DNA of 46,892 bases from Polaribacter sp. (GTDB taxonomy: Bacteria; Bacteroidota; Bacteroidia; Flavobacteriales; Flavobacteriaceae), in NCBI GenBank assembly GCA_030731625.1, contig JANQTQ010000137.1, forward strand, positions 1 through 46,892. Direction: 5' to 3'. Shown piece by piece: positions 28,039-38,177 of this stretch. Numbering within the stretch: position 1 is the first letter of the stretch; the number at the start of each line of letters is the position of its first letter. The notes under the pieces are model-generated. The model was not told the DNA's origin. It made no database searches and saw only the letters and a list, made by a program, of their open reading frames with translations. Position numbers and translations under genes: made by a program.

Positions 28039-31000
28039 ATGAGCGCGAAATTTCCTGAGTATAAAGGTCTTGACTTACCAAAAGTGGCAGAAGAAATTCT
28101 AAACTATTGGCAAGAGAACAACATATTTGAAAAAAGTGTAACTACAAGAGAAGGCGCAGAGCCTTATGTTTTTTTTGAAGGACCTCCTTCTGCAAACGGA
28201 CTTCCGGGAGTTCACCATGTATTAGCACGCGCTATTAAAGATATTTTTCCTCGTTATAAAACCATGAAAGGCTACCAAGTAAAGCGAAAAGCTGGTTGGG
28301 ATACACATGGTTTACCAATAGAATTGGGCGTAGAAAAAGAACTAGGAATTACCAAAGAAGATATTGGAAAAACAATTTCTGTAGAAGATTATAACGCTGC
28401 TTGTAGAAAAGCGGTAATGCGTTACACCGATATTTGGCACGATTTAACCAATAAAATGGGCTATTGGGTAGATATGGAAGATCCATATATTACCTATGAG
28501 CCAAAATACATGGAGTCTGTTTGGTGGTTATTAAAACAGATTTACAACAAACAATTAATTTACAAAGGCTATACAATTCAGCCATATTCGCCAAAAGCCG
28601 GTACAGGTTTAAGTTCTCACGAGTTAAATCAGCCAGGAACCTACCAAGATGTAACCGATACAACAGTTGTGGCGCAATTTAAAGCGATCAATGAAACGTT
28701 ACCAGATTTCTTAAAAAATGAAGGTGATATTCATTTTATCGCTTGGACCACAACTCCGTGGACTTTGCCAAGTAATACAGCCTTAACGGTTGGCCCTAAA
28801 ATTGAGTATGTTTTAGTAGAAACTTTTAATCAATATACGTTTGAACCTGTAAAAGTTGTGTTGGCTAAAAACTTAATTAGCAAACAATTTGGAGGTAAAA
28901 ATGCTTTTCAAGTTGAAACATCAGAAGAATTAAAAGCTTACAAATCTGGAGAGAAAAAGATTCCTTTTTTCGTTGTAAAAGAATTTATTGGTAAAGATTT
29001 AGTTGGCATAAAGTACGAGCAATTATTAGATTTTAACTTAGATTTTGAGCATAAAGAAAATGCTTTTAGAGTAATTTCTGGAGATTTTGTTACAACAGAA
29101 GACGGTACAGGAATTGTACACACGGCACCAACTTTTGGAGCAGATGATGCTTTGGTTGCCAAACAAGCAAGTCCAGAGATTCCGCCTTTGTTGGTAAAAG
29201 ATGAAAATGATAATTTAGTTCCTTTAGTAGATTTACAAGGTAAATTTAGAAAAGAAATTAAAGATGCTATTTATGGTTTTGCAGGCGAATATGTAAAATC
29301 AGAATACTTAAATGAAGAAGATTTTGAGGTTGAATTAAAAAATCAGCAAGAAAATTTAAAAGACGTTTTAAAAAATCAAGATAAATATTTATCTGTTGAT
29401 GAACGTTTAGGTTTAAAATTGAAAAACGAAAACAAAGCTTTTAAAGTAGAAAAATACAAGCACAGTTATCCAAATTGTTGGCGAACTGATAAGCCTATTT
29501 TATATTATCCGTTAGATTCTTGGTTTATTAAAATCACGGATGTAAAAGATAGAATGCATGAATTAAACAAAACCATAAACTGGAAACCAGAATCTACTGG
29601 AACCGGTCGTTTTGGAAACTGGTTGGCAAATGCAAACGATTGGAATTTATCTCGCTCTCGTTATTGGGGAATTCCTTTACCAATCTGGAGAACAGAAGAT
29701 GGTAAAGAAGAAATTTGTATTGGTTCTGTAAAAGAACTAAAAGAAGAAATGCTACGTGCCGTAGACGCAGGTATAATGAGCGAAGACATCTTCTCAAGTT
29801 TTGAAGTTGATAACATGTCCGAAGAAAACTATGCGAAAATAGATTTACATAAAAATATTGTTGATGAAATTGTATTAGTTTCAGCATCAGGACAACCAAT
29901 GAAACGTGAAAGCGATTTAATTGATGTTTGGTTCGATTCTGGTTCTATGCCGTATGCACAATGGCATTATCCGTTTGAAAACAAACAAAAAATTGATGAC
30001 AATGAATCTTTTCCAGCAGATTTTATTGCAGAAGGAGTAGACCAAACTCGTGGTTGGTTTTATACTTTACATGCAATTGCAACAATGGTTTTTGATTCTG
30101 TTGCCTATAAAAATGTAGTTTCTAACGGTTTAGTGTTAGATAAAAACGGACATAAAATGTCTAAACGTTTAGGAAATGCAACAGATCCGTTTACAACTTT
30201 ATCAACGTATGGTGCAGATGCAACACGTTGGTATATGATTTCTAACGCAAATCCTTGGGATAATTTAAAGTTTGATTTAGAAGGAATTGAAGAAGTAAAA
30301 CGTAAGTTTTTTGGAACTTTATACAACACCTATTCTTTCTTTACCTTGTATTCAAATCTTGATGAGTTTTCTTATAAAGAAGCAGATATTCCTCTAGAAG
30401 AAAGACCAGAAATAGACAGATGGATTTTATCAGAATTAAATACTTTAATCACTAAAGTAGATAAATTCTACGAAGAATATGAGCCAACGAGAGCTGCAAG
30501 AGCAATATCAGATTTTACACAAGATTATTTAAGTAACTGGTATGTGCGTTTAAGTAGAAGACGTTTTTGGAAAGGAACGTACGAAACCGATAAAATTTCT
30601 GCGTATCAAACATTATATACATGTATGATTACGATCGCGAAATTAGGTTCGCCAATTGCGCCGTTTTTTATGGACAGATTGTATCAAGATTTAAATTCTG
30701 TAACTGGTAAAGAAACATCAGAAAGTATTCATTTATCAGATTTTCCTGTTTACGATGAAAGTTTTGTTGATAAAAGTTTAGAACGTAAAATGGAAAGCGC
30801 TCAAACGATATCATCTTTAGTGTTATCATTAAGAGCAAAAGAAAAAATTAAAGTGCGTCAGCCGTTACAAAAAATTATGATTCCTGTTGATAGTCAACAA
30901 CAAAAAGAAGAAATTTTAGCCGTTGCTAATTTAATTAAGCACGAAGTAAATATTAAAGAAATTCAAATTTTAGATGACGCATCAGAAATTTTAATCAAAC

Positions 31001-31515
31001 AAATTAAGCCAAATTTTAAAACATTAGGGCCAAAGTTTGGTAAAGATATGCGATTGATTGCTAGTCAGGTGCAAGAATTTACACAAGAAGATATTAACAA
31101 AATAGAAAAAGATAAAAACATTTCTATAGAAGTTAATGGAAAAAATATTATTTTGGACGCGTCAGATGTAGAGATATCGTCTAAAGACATAGAAGGTTGG
31201 TTAGTAGCAAATGAAGGGGCGTTAACTGTTGCTTTAGATGTAACAATAACAGAAGAATTACACAAAGAAGGTGTTGCAAGAGAATTGGTCAATAGAATTC
31301 AGAATGCACGTAAAGACTCTGGTTTAGAACTAACAGACAGAATTAAATTAACGATCTTAAACAGTGAAAACTTACAACAAGCAATCACTGATAATAAAGA
31401 GTATATTATGAGTGAAACATTAACAAAAGAATTGTTTTTTGTTGATGTATTAGAAAGTGGTATAGAAATAGAATTTGATACCATACAAAGTAAAATATTA
31501 ATTGAAAAAGCTTAG
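28039..31515 (+). CDS. ileS: Isoleucyl-tRNA synthetase, type 2
   Basis: EGPPSANGLPGVHH, GWDTHGLP, WTTTPWT, SRSRYWG, EGVDQTRGWF and KMSKR; no C-terminal Zn finger; -7 TAATTTCG at 28007-28014. Confidence 0.98.
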   Translation: MSAKFPEYKGLDLPKVAEEILNYWQENNIFEKSVTTREGAEPYVFFEGPPSANGLPGVHHVLARAIKDIFPRYKTMKGYQVKRKAGWDTHGLPIELGVEKELGITKEDIGKTISVEDYNAACRKAVMRYTDIWHDLTNKMGYWVDMEDPYITYEPKYMESVWWLLKQIYNKQLIYKGYTIQPYSPKAGTGLSSHELNQPGTYQDVTDTTVVAQFKAINETLPDFLKNEGDIHFIAWTTTPWTLPSNTALTVGPKIEYVLVETFNQYTFEPVKVVLAKNLISKQFGGKNAFQVETSEELKAYKSGEKKIPFFVVKEFIGKDLVGIKYEQLLDFNLDFEHKENAFRVISGDFVTTEDGTGIVHTAPTFGADDALVAKQASPEIPPLLVKDENDNLVPLVDLQGKFRKEIKDAIYGFAGEYVKSEYLNEEDFEVELKNQQENLKDVLKNQDKYLSVDERLGLKLKNENKAFKVEKYKHSYPNCWRTDKPILYYPLDSWFIKITDVKDRMHELNKTINWKPESTGTGRFGNWLANANDWNLSRSRYWGIPLPIWRTEDGKEEICIGSVKELKEEMLRAVDAGIMSEDIFSSFEVDNMSEENYAKIDLHKNIVDEIVLVSASGQPMKRESDLIDVWFDSGSMPYAQWHYPFENKQKIDDNESFPADFIAEGVDQTRGWFYTLHAIATMVFDSVAYKNVVSNGLVLDKNGHKMSKRLGNATDPFTTLSTYGADATRWYMISNANPWDNLKFDLEGIEEVKRKFFGTLYNTYSFFTLYSNLDEFSYKEADIPLEERPEIDRWILSELNTLITKVDKFYEEYEPTRAARAISDFTQDYLSNWYVRLSRRRFWKGTYETDKISAYQTLYTCMITIAKLGSPIAPFFMDRLYQDLNSVTGKETSESIHLSDFPVYDESFVDKSLERKMESAQTISSLVLSLRAKEKIKVRQPLQKIMIPVDSQQQKEEILAVANLIKHEVNIKEIQILDDASEILIKQIKPNFKTLGPKFGKDMRLIASQVQEFTQEDINKIEKDKNISIEVNGKNIILDASDVEISSKDIEGWLVANEGALTVALDVTITEELHKEGVARELVNRIQNARKDSGLELTDRIKLTILNSENLQQAITDNKEYIMSETLTKELFFVDVLESGIEIEFDTIQSKILIEKA

Positions 31516-31519
31516 AAAA

Positions 31520-31897
31520 ATGTCAGATGTTAAAGTAAAATATTCGGAAGAAGACTTGTTAGAGTTTAAAGAAATCATCAATAAAAAAATTGCAAGAGCT
31601 CAAGAAGATTTAGAGTTGTTAGAAGGTGCCTATAAAAATAATGCAGATAATGGCACAGAAGATACTTCTCACTCTTTTAAATCTTTTGACGAAGGGTCAG
31701 AAACAATGGCTAAAGAAGCAAATGTTCAGCTAGCAATAAGACAAGAAAAATTTATCAGAGACTTAAAAAATGCCTTATTACGTATAGAAAACAGAACGTA
31801 TGGTTTTTGTAGAGTTACAGGTAAATTAATACAAAAAGAACGTTTAAAATTAGTGCCTCATGCTACTTTAAGTATAGAAGCAAAGAGAGCTCAATAA
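31520..31897 (+). CDS. TraR/DksA family protein (single Cys)
   Basis: Coiled coil then ALLRIENRTYGFCRVTGKLIQKERL..VPHATLS; ATG 4 nt after the ileS stop. Confidence 0.88.
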   Translation: MSDVKVKYSEEDLLEFKEIINKKIARAQEDLELLEGAYKNNADNGTEDTSHSFKSFDEGSETMAKEANVQLAIRQEKFIRDLKNALLRIENRTYGFCRVTGKLIQKERLKLVPHATLSIEAKRAQ

Positions 31898-31920
31898 ATT
31901 ATTAAACAATTTAAATAGAT

Positions 31921-31963
31921 ATCCAACTTTTAATAAAAACAGTATTAAAAGTTGGATTTTTTT
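31921..31963 (+). terminator. Intrinsic terminator after ileS-dksA
   Basis: ATCCAACTTTTAATA...TATTAAAAGTTGGAT 15-bp stem plus T run. Confidence 0.85.
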
Positions 31964-32020
31964 GTTTGCAATCATTTCTTAATCGATTTTAAATAAGATT
32001 ATTATCATATTTTTGTTTTT

Positions 32021-35000
32021 ATGAAAAAGACAATATATTTAATAGTTTTTCTTAGTTGTGGTTTTTTAATTTACAATTCTTTTTTTAAGAAAAATAGCAT
32101 AGAAAAAGCACAAGAAAATTATGCCAAGATTGTAAAAAATCATCCATTTAATGCTTTTTTAAATTTTACAAAAGAAGAAAGAATTGCAAATGGGATTCCT
32201 CCAAATAAATATTTCGAGGAGATGTATTTATTACAGATAAACCCTTACACAGGAAGAACTCATCCTGAAAATGTATATAATCTTCAACAAGAATTAAAAG
32301 CAAAAAGAGCTTATCAACAAAGAACTCCTGGAGATGCTACAGATAATCAATGGATAGAAAGAGGTCCAAATAATGTTGGCGGAAGAACACGAATGGTATT
32401 ATTTGACCCAAATGACAACACAAATAAACGTGTTTTTGCTGGTGGAGTAAGTGGTGGTCTTTGGGTAAATGATGATATTACTGATGAAAATTCTTCTTGG
32501 ACAAGAGTTGGTATTGATGAAAACCTAACTGTAACTTGTATGGCAGTCGATCCTAATAATTCTCAAATAATGTATGTAGGAACGGGCGAGTTTTATTCGG
32601 CACAACAAGCACTTGGAACTGGAATTTGGAAAACGATAGATGGTGGTATCACTTGGAATAACGTTTATAAAGTTAGGGGTACAACAACTATTTCTAGCAC
32701 TATAGAAGTACCAGGAACTTATTTTATGACAGATATTATTGTTAGAGATAAAGATGGTAGCTCGGCCACTTCAAATGATTCTGAGGTTTTTGCTTCTATT
32801 GGAGCAAATTTCTATAGTTCAAACCCTATAAAAACCTATGTTGGCGCAAATGATTATGGAATTTTTAAATCGAGTGATGAAGGAGCAAACTGGACCAAAG
32901 TTACTTTAAATGTAAATCCAGATGGAAGCGGAAATAGTGTAGCGCCTAACGATTTTGAAATAGGAATTGATAATACATTGTGGTTGGGAACTACAATGAA
33001 TTTAGATAGAGATGGTGAAGAAGGTGGAGGCCGTATTTATAGTAGTACAGATGGTATAACATTTACACTAAAACATACCATCCCAAACGGGAAAAGAACA
33101 GAAATTGCTGTTTCTAAAACAAATGCGAACACAATTTATGTTTTGGGAGATGTAAAAACGTATAATGGTTCTAATCAATTAATAGCGCCTTTTGTAACAA
33201 TTTTAAAAACAACAGATAATTTTGCTACAGAACCTGTTTCACTTTCCCTTCCAGTAGATGCAAACACAAGTATTCCTGCAAATGATTTTACTAGAAGTCA
33301 AGCATTTTACAATTTAGTGATAGAAGTTGATCCAAATAACGATGCAATTGCGTATGTTGGAGGTATAGATTTGTTTAGAACTGCAGATAGTGGAACAACT
33401 TGGCAACAAATATCAAAAAGTTCTCCTACATCAAATTTTGATGGAATTACAGTGTCTTATGTTCATGCAGATCAACATAGTTGGGCTTTTCATCCTACAA
33501 ATTCCAATATTTCTGTTATAGGTAATGATGGTGGTGTTTTTTATGCGACCTCTTTATCTGCTGCTACTTCAAGCGCAACAGCTATAGAGGAAAGGACTAA
33601 AAATTATAATACAACTCAGTTTTATAATGGTGCAATAAGTCAAACTGTAAGTCCAGAATATATAGTTGGAGGAACGCAAGACAATGGAGTTCTATTTTTT
33701 GATGAAGCAACTAGTGGTGACAATTCAGCAATAAAAGTTTTAAGAGGTGATGGAACACGTTGTTTTATTGATAAAGATGGAGGTTATATGATTGTTTCTT
33801 TATTATACAATAATATTTATCGTTATAATTTACCTTATACAGGAGAAAGAATTGTTGTGTCATCAGATAGTAATTCAGGAAGGTTTTTTAATGCAATGGC
33901 ATTAGATGAAAATTTAGATATTCTATATACTAGTGGATATACTCACTTAGCTCGTTTTACAGATATAACTTCTAACTCTCCTGTAAGAACTAATTTTACA
34001 GACGATCTTATATTTGATATTTCTGCCATAAAAGTATCTCCTTTTACAACAACTTCGTCAAAAGTATTTTTAGGAACAAGAGGCGGGAAACTCATAAAAG
34101 TAGAAAATGCAAATACTGCAACACCCACATATTCAGATATTTCATCTCCTTCTTTTTTAGGGAACATTTCTTCCGTTGAATTTGGTGCATCAGAAAATGA
34201 AATTATGGTTACTTTTTACAACTTTGGCGTAGAAAGTATTTGGTTTACAGCTGATGGTGGTGCAAATTGGAGCAATAAAGAAGGGAATTTTCCAGATATT
34301 ACTGTAAGATGTATTTTAATGAATCCTTTAAATAACAATGAAGTTATTATTGGTACAGAATTAGGGGTTTGGAAAACCAGTAATTTTAAAGATGCTTCGC
34401 CAGTTTGGAATCAATCTTACAACGGAATGTCTGATGTGACAGTAACTTCGTTTAGTTTAAGAACTGTGGATCATACTATTTTAGCATCAACTTATGGACG
34501 AGGAATGTTTACAGGTAAATTTACAGGAAATCCGTTAACAATTTGGACTGGAACTATAGATGCCGATTGGACAAACGCAAGCAATTGGTCTAATGGAATT
34601 CCGACTCAAGGAATTGATGTAAAAATACCAAACACAACTATAAAACCTATTTTAAATACGGCAGTAACTATAGATAATCTATCCATAGAATCGAGTGTTA
34701 TGCTAACATTAAATGAACAAGCAGCGCTAACAATTAAAGAAAATTTGACGAATAATGGATCTTTGATTATCAATTCTAATACAAATAATTCTGGAAGTTT
34801 AATTGTGGAAGGAAATTCATCAGGAACTATAACGTATAACAGATCTGTAACTGCAAACTGGCATTTAGTAAGTTCACCCGTAATTGGGCAAACTTATAAT
34901 GATTTATGGATTTCAGAAAATTCAATTATCTCAAGCTCTAACAATGCAAATAGAAGAGGACTAGGATTTTACAATAATTCTGTTGGATGGCAATACTTTT

Positions 35001-36091
35001 TAGCAGGAGAATCATCAACTTTTAATCAAGGAGAAGGATTTACTATTTTAAGATCAGAAGCTGGTAATTTATCATTTACGGGAAGTGTAGCCACAACCAA
35101 TAAAAATATTGATATTTCTGAAGGATCAAATAATGCGTATAATCTTTTAGGAAATATTTTCACTTCGTACATCCCTCTAAATATCGATGCAGATGCCAGT
35201 AGTAATTTTCTGTCAATAAATGCCAATTCTTTAAGTGAGAATACTCTTTGGCTTTGGAATGGTACTTCTTATGATGCAATAAATCATGCAACCTCATCGC
35301 AATTTATTGCGCCAGGTCAAGCATTTTTTGTGAGTTCAAAAACGGGTAATCATACCGTTAGTTTTACAACAGATATGCAACATCATCAAACAGCAAGTTT
35401 TTTGAAAACTAAGAATTCTAAATCTGAAATTAAGTTATCTGTTAGTTCTGGAAAAGAAAAGAAAAGTACAACTATTTTATATTTAGATGGATGTTCTTTG
35501 GGATTTGATAATGGTTATGATAGTTCTTTTTTTAATCCTAATTCTAGTGATTTTGATGTTTTTACAAAGCTTTTAGATGAGAAGGATACTAAAAAATTAG
35601 CCATTCAATCTTTACCAAAAGATTTTTCTTTAAGCATTCCGGTTGGTGTTATTTTACCTGCTAATGCTCAACTTGAATTTAGTATTTCAGTAAAAAATAT
35701 AGCGAGTAATATTAAGGTTTTTTTAGAGGATAAAAAACTAGGTACATTTACCTTATTAGAAAGTGAAGAAAATTCTTATGCCTTTTCATCAAAAGAAAAA
35801 ACTATTGATGCGAATAGATTTTACCTTCATACCATAAATGAAACCTTAGGTATTATTGATTTTAATTTTTCGAATATCAAAATTTACAATACTAAACAGA
35901 AAATTTATTTTTCTAATTTACCACAAGGCAAAAAAACGATACAATTATATACGCTAATTGGTAAAAAAATTATTAAAAAAGAAATCGAGACAAACCAAAC
36001 AAGTATTTCTACAGAACAATTTGCAAAAGGAATTTATATTGTAGAAATTAAAACAGAAAAAGGAACCAAAAGCAAAAAAATAATTATTTAG
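32021..36091 (+). CDS. T9SS-secreted protein: BNR/Asp-box beta-propeller (VPS10/GH74-like), beta-rich stalk, type A CTD
   Basis: WIERGPNNVGGRTR; Asp boxes TIDGGITW, SSDEGANW, TADSGTTW, TADGGANW; VHADQH; STYGRG; C-terminal LYTLIGK...GIYIVEI...KKIII. Confidence 0.88.
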   Translation: MKKTIYLIVFLSCGFLIYNSFFKKNSIEKAQENYAKIVKNHPFNAFLNFTKEERIANGIPPNKYFEEMYLLQINPYTGRTHPENVYNLQQELKAKRAYQQRTPGDATDNQWIERGPNNVGGRTRMVLFDPNDNTNKRVFAGGVSGGLWVNDDITDENSSWTRVGIDENLTVTCMAVDPNNSQIMYVGTGEFYSAQQALGTGIWKTIDGGITWNNVYKVRGTTTISSTIEVPGTYFMTDIIVRDKDGSSATSNDSEVFASIGANFYSSNPIKTYVGANDYGIFKSSDEGANWTKVTLNVNPDGSGNSVAPNDFEIGIDNTLWLGTTMNLDRDGEEGGGRIYSSTDGITFTLKHTIPNGKRTEIAVSKTNANTIYVLGDVKTYNGSNQLIAPFVTILKTTDNFATEPVSLSLPVDANTSIPANDFTRSQAFYNLVIEVDPNNDAIAYVGGIDLFRTADSGTTWQQISKSSPTSNFDGITVSYVHADQHSWAFHPTNSNISVIGNDGGVFYATSLSAATSSATAIEERTKNYNTTQFYNGAISQTVSPEYIVGGTQDNGVLFFDEATSGDNSAIKVLRGDGTRCFIDKDGGYMIVSLLYNNIYRYNLPYTGERIVVSSDSNSGRFFNAMALDENLDILYTSGYTHLARFTDITSNSPVRTNFTDDLIFDISAIKVSPFTTTSSKVFLGTRGGKLIKVENANTATPTYSDISSPSFLGNISSVEFGASENEIMVTFYNFGVESIWFTADGGANWSNKEGNFPDITVRCILMNPLNNNEVIIGTELGVWKTSNFKDASPVWNQSYNGMSDVTVTSFSLRTVDHTILASTYGRGMFTGKFTGNPLTIWTGTIDADWTNASNWSNGIPTQGIDVKIPNTTIKPILNTAVTIDNLSIESSVMLTLNEQAALTIKENLTNNGSLIINSNTNNSGSLIVEGNSSGTITYNRSVTANWHLVSSPVIGQTYNDLWISENSIISSSNNANRRGLGFYNNSVGWQYFLAGESSTFNQGEGFTILRSEAGNLSFTGSVATTNKNIDISEGSNNAYNLLGNIFTSYIPLNIDADASSNFLSINANSLSENTLWLWNGTSYDAINHATSSQFIAPGQAFFVSSKTGNHTVSFTTDMQHHQTASFLKTKNSKSEIKLSVSSGKEKKSTTILYLDGCSLGFDNGYDSSFFNPNSSDFDVFTKLLDEKDTKKLAIQSLPKDFSLSIPVGVILPANAQLEFSISVKNIASNIKVFLEDKKLGTFTLLESEENSYAFSSKEKTIDANRFYLHTINETLGIIDFNFSNIKIYNTKQKIYFSNLPQGKKTIQLYTLIGKKIIKKEIETNQTSISTEQFAKGIYIVEIKTEKGTKSKKIII

Positions 36092-36119
36092 TAAAACAGT
36101 TAAAATTAGTTTTCATTTA

Positions 36120-36764
36120 ATGAAATACATGTATTTAGTATCATTTTTATGCTTTTCAACGATCATTTTTTCTCAAAAGAAAGTGATTAAAACGTTTGAA
36201 ACTAGTTTACAAGAAATTGAAATATCAACAATTGGTTTAGATAATTTTGTGATTGAAAATTCAACTTCTAATTTTATTGAAATTACCTTGTTTGCAGAAA
36301 ACCCGAATGAAAAACATATACTTTTTAATACAGAAAAGGATGTTATTCAAATAGAATTTATAATTGAAGCACTCAAATCCGAAGAAACTATTTTTAGAAA
36401 ATTTATTACAGAAAGACTGCAAAGAGCATCCGCTATTATAAAAATCCCAAAAGGAAAAATAGTAACAATTTTTGGAGAAAATATTAATATTGAGTCTAAA
36501 AATTATCAAGGAAAAACAGCAATTTATATTGAGGAAGGTATTGTGAAACTCAACGAAGTTAAAGAAAACACGATCATAAAAATGTATGTAGGCAGCATTT
36601 ATGCAGCGCTTAAAAACGTAAATATTGATGTAACCTCCAAGACAGGAAAAATAATGATTGACGACATTTTGTATGAAAAAACATATCAAAAAAAATCAGA
36701 AAAAAATCAGTTTAATTTTACAGTTTCTAGTCTAAAAGCTAATATTTTCTTAAGTACTCAATAA
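36120..36764 (+). CDS. Exported hypothetical protein (DUF4097/adhesin-like beta-solenoid suspected)
   Basis: Signal peptide ending FSQ; repetitive short beta strands. Confidence 0.65.
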   Translation: MKYMYLVSFLCFSTIIFSQKKVIKTFETSLQEIEISTIGLDNFVIENSTSNFIEITLFAENPNEKHILFNTEKDVIQIEFIIEALKSEETIFRKFITERLQRASAIIKIPKGKIVTIFGENINIESKNYQGKTAIYIEEGIVKLNEVKENTIIKMYVGSIYAALKNVNIDVTSKTGKIMIDDILYEKTYQKKSEKNQFNFTVSSLKANIFLSTQ

Positions 36765-36807
36765 ACGCAATAATATTCTTATTTTTGTGCGCACAAATTC
36801 GATAAAA

Positions 36808-37446
36808 ATGTCCAAAAGGAACCTCGCAATTCTTACTATATTATTTACTATTATTTTAGATCAAGTTATAAAAATCTATATAAAAACAAACTTTTTTTTA
36901 GGCGAAGAAGTACTTGTTTTTGATTGGTTTAGAATCCATTTTGTAGAAAATAACGGAATGGCAATGGGTTTTGAATTTGGCGGAAAAGCAGGTAAGCTTT
37001 TCTTAACCGTTTTTAGATTGGTTGCAGTAACTGCAATAATGTATTGGTTGGTTGGTACTATAAAAACCAAAGTTCATAATGCAGTAATTATAGCAATTTC
37101 ATTAATTTTTTCTGGTGCAGTTGGCAATATCATAGATTCTGTTTTTTACGGAGCAATTTTTGACGATTCTACCAACAAAGTGGCAACACTTTTTGCGGAT
37201 GTACCTTACGGAACTCTTTTTCATGGTAAGGTTGTAGATATGTTTTATTTTCCAATATGGAGTGGCGATTTGCCAAGTTGGATTCCTTTTATTGGTGGAG
37301 ATTCTTTTACATTCTTTCAATATATTTTTAATCCGGCAGATGCCTATATTAGCATTGGCGTTGCGTTGCTTTTTATTTTTAGCAAACAAGCTTTTCCTAA
37401 AGAAGAAAAAAAAGTTGTTGAATTTTCTGAAATAAATAACGAGTAA
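36808..37446 (+). CDS. lspA: Lipoprotein signal peptidase II
   Basis: LDQVIK, ENNGMAMG, GAVGNIIDS, VVDM and FNPAD; -7 TATTTTTG at 36780-36787 favours ATG 36808. Confidence 0.95.
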   Translation: MSKRNLAILTILFTIILDQVIKIYIKTNFFLGEEVLVFDWFRIHFVENNGMAMGFEFGGKAGKLFLTVFRLVAVTAIMYWLVGTIKTKVHNAVIIAISLIFSGAVGNIIDSVFYGAIFDDSTNKVATLFADVPYGTLFHGKVVDMFYFPIWSGDLPSWIPFIGGDSFTFFQYIFNPADAYISIGVALLFIFSKQAFPKEEKKVVEFSEINNE

Positions 37447-37541
37447 AAAAATAGTTGTTTCTGGCTCAATTTCTCTTTAGTGTTTTCAATAAAAGTTATT
37501 GATTTTAAGTAACTTGCTTACTTATTTAAATCTTCTGTAAA

Positions 37542-38138
37542 ATGCGTTTTATAAAGTTTGTTTTCGTTTTTTTTATAGGTTTTTTTGTTGCCAAATTTTG
37601 GTATGATAAAAAAGAAGAAAGTCATCAAAAGGAAGAAATACAAGTAGTTTTAAACTCTATTAGCAACATGAGTAAGTTGGTGGTGTCTAAAGGAACTTTC
37701 TCTGAAATTTATAATTATTCTGATTCTGATAAATATTTTTTTGAAACTATTTCTTTTGATAAAAAAGCCATTGTAACTTTAAATGCAACTGTTGAGGTTG
37801 GCTACGATTTAACTAAATTAGAAATTGAAATAGATTCTTTAGGTAAGAAAATTTACATCAATAAAATACCTGATGAAGAAATTATGATTTCGCCAGATGT
37901 TAAATATTTCGACTTACAACAAAGTCAGTTTAATACGTTTACCAAAGAAGATTTAAATAAAATAAATCAAAAAAGTATTCAAAAAATTAAGCAAACTGTA
38001 AAATTAACCAATTTAAAATCAGCTGCTAAAACACGTTTTTTTGAAGAAATTTCTAAAATTTATCAATTATCGGCCATTTATGGTTGGCAAGTTGTAGACA
38101 ACACAAACTCTGGTTTTTTAGAAAATATAGATGACTAA
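37542..38138 (+). CDS. DUF4230-type membrane-anchored protein
   Basis: N-terminal TM segment; KLVVS, KKAIV and VGYDLTK pattern. Confidence 0.75.
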   Translation: MRFIKFVFVFFIGFFVAKFWYDKKEESHQKEEIQVVLNSISNMSKLVVSKGTFSEIYNYSDSDKYFFETISFDKKAIVTLNATVEVGYDLTKLEIEIDSLGKKIYINKIPDEEIMISPDVKYFDLQQSQFNTFTKEDLNKINQKSIQKIKQTVKLTNLKSAAKTRFFEEISKIYQLSAIYGWQVVDNTNSGFLENIDD

Positions 38139-38177
38139 TTAGGCCGATTTATAGGTGTAAAAATAGTATTTTTGAGC

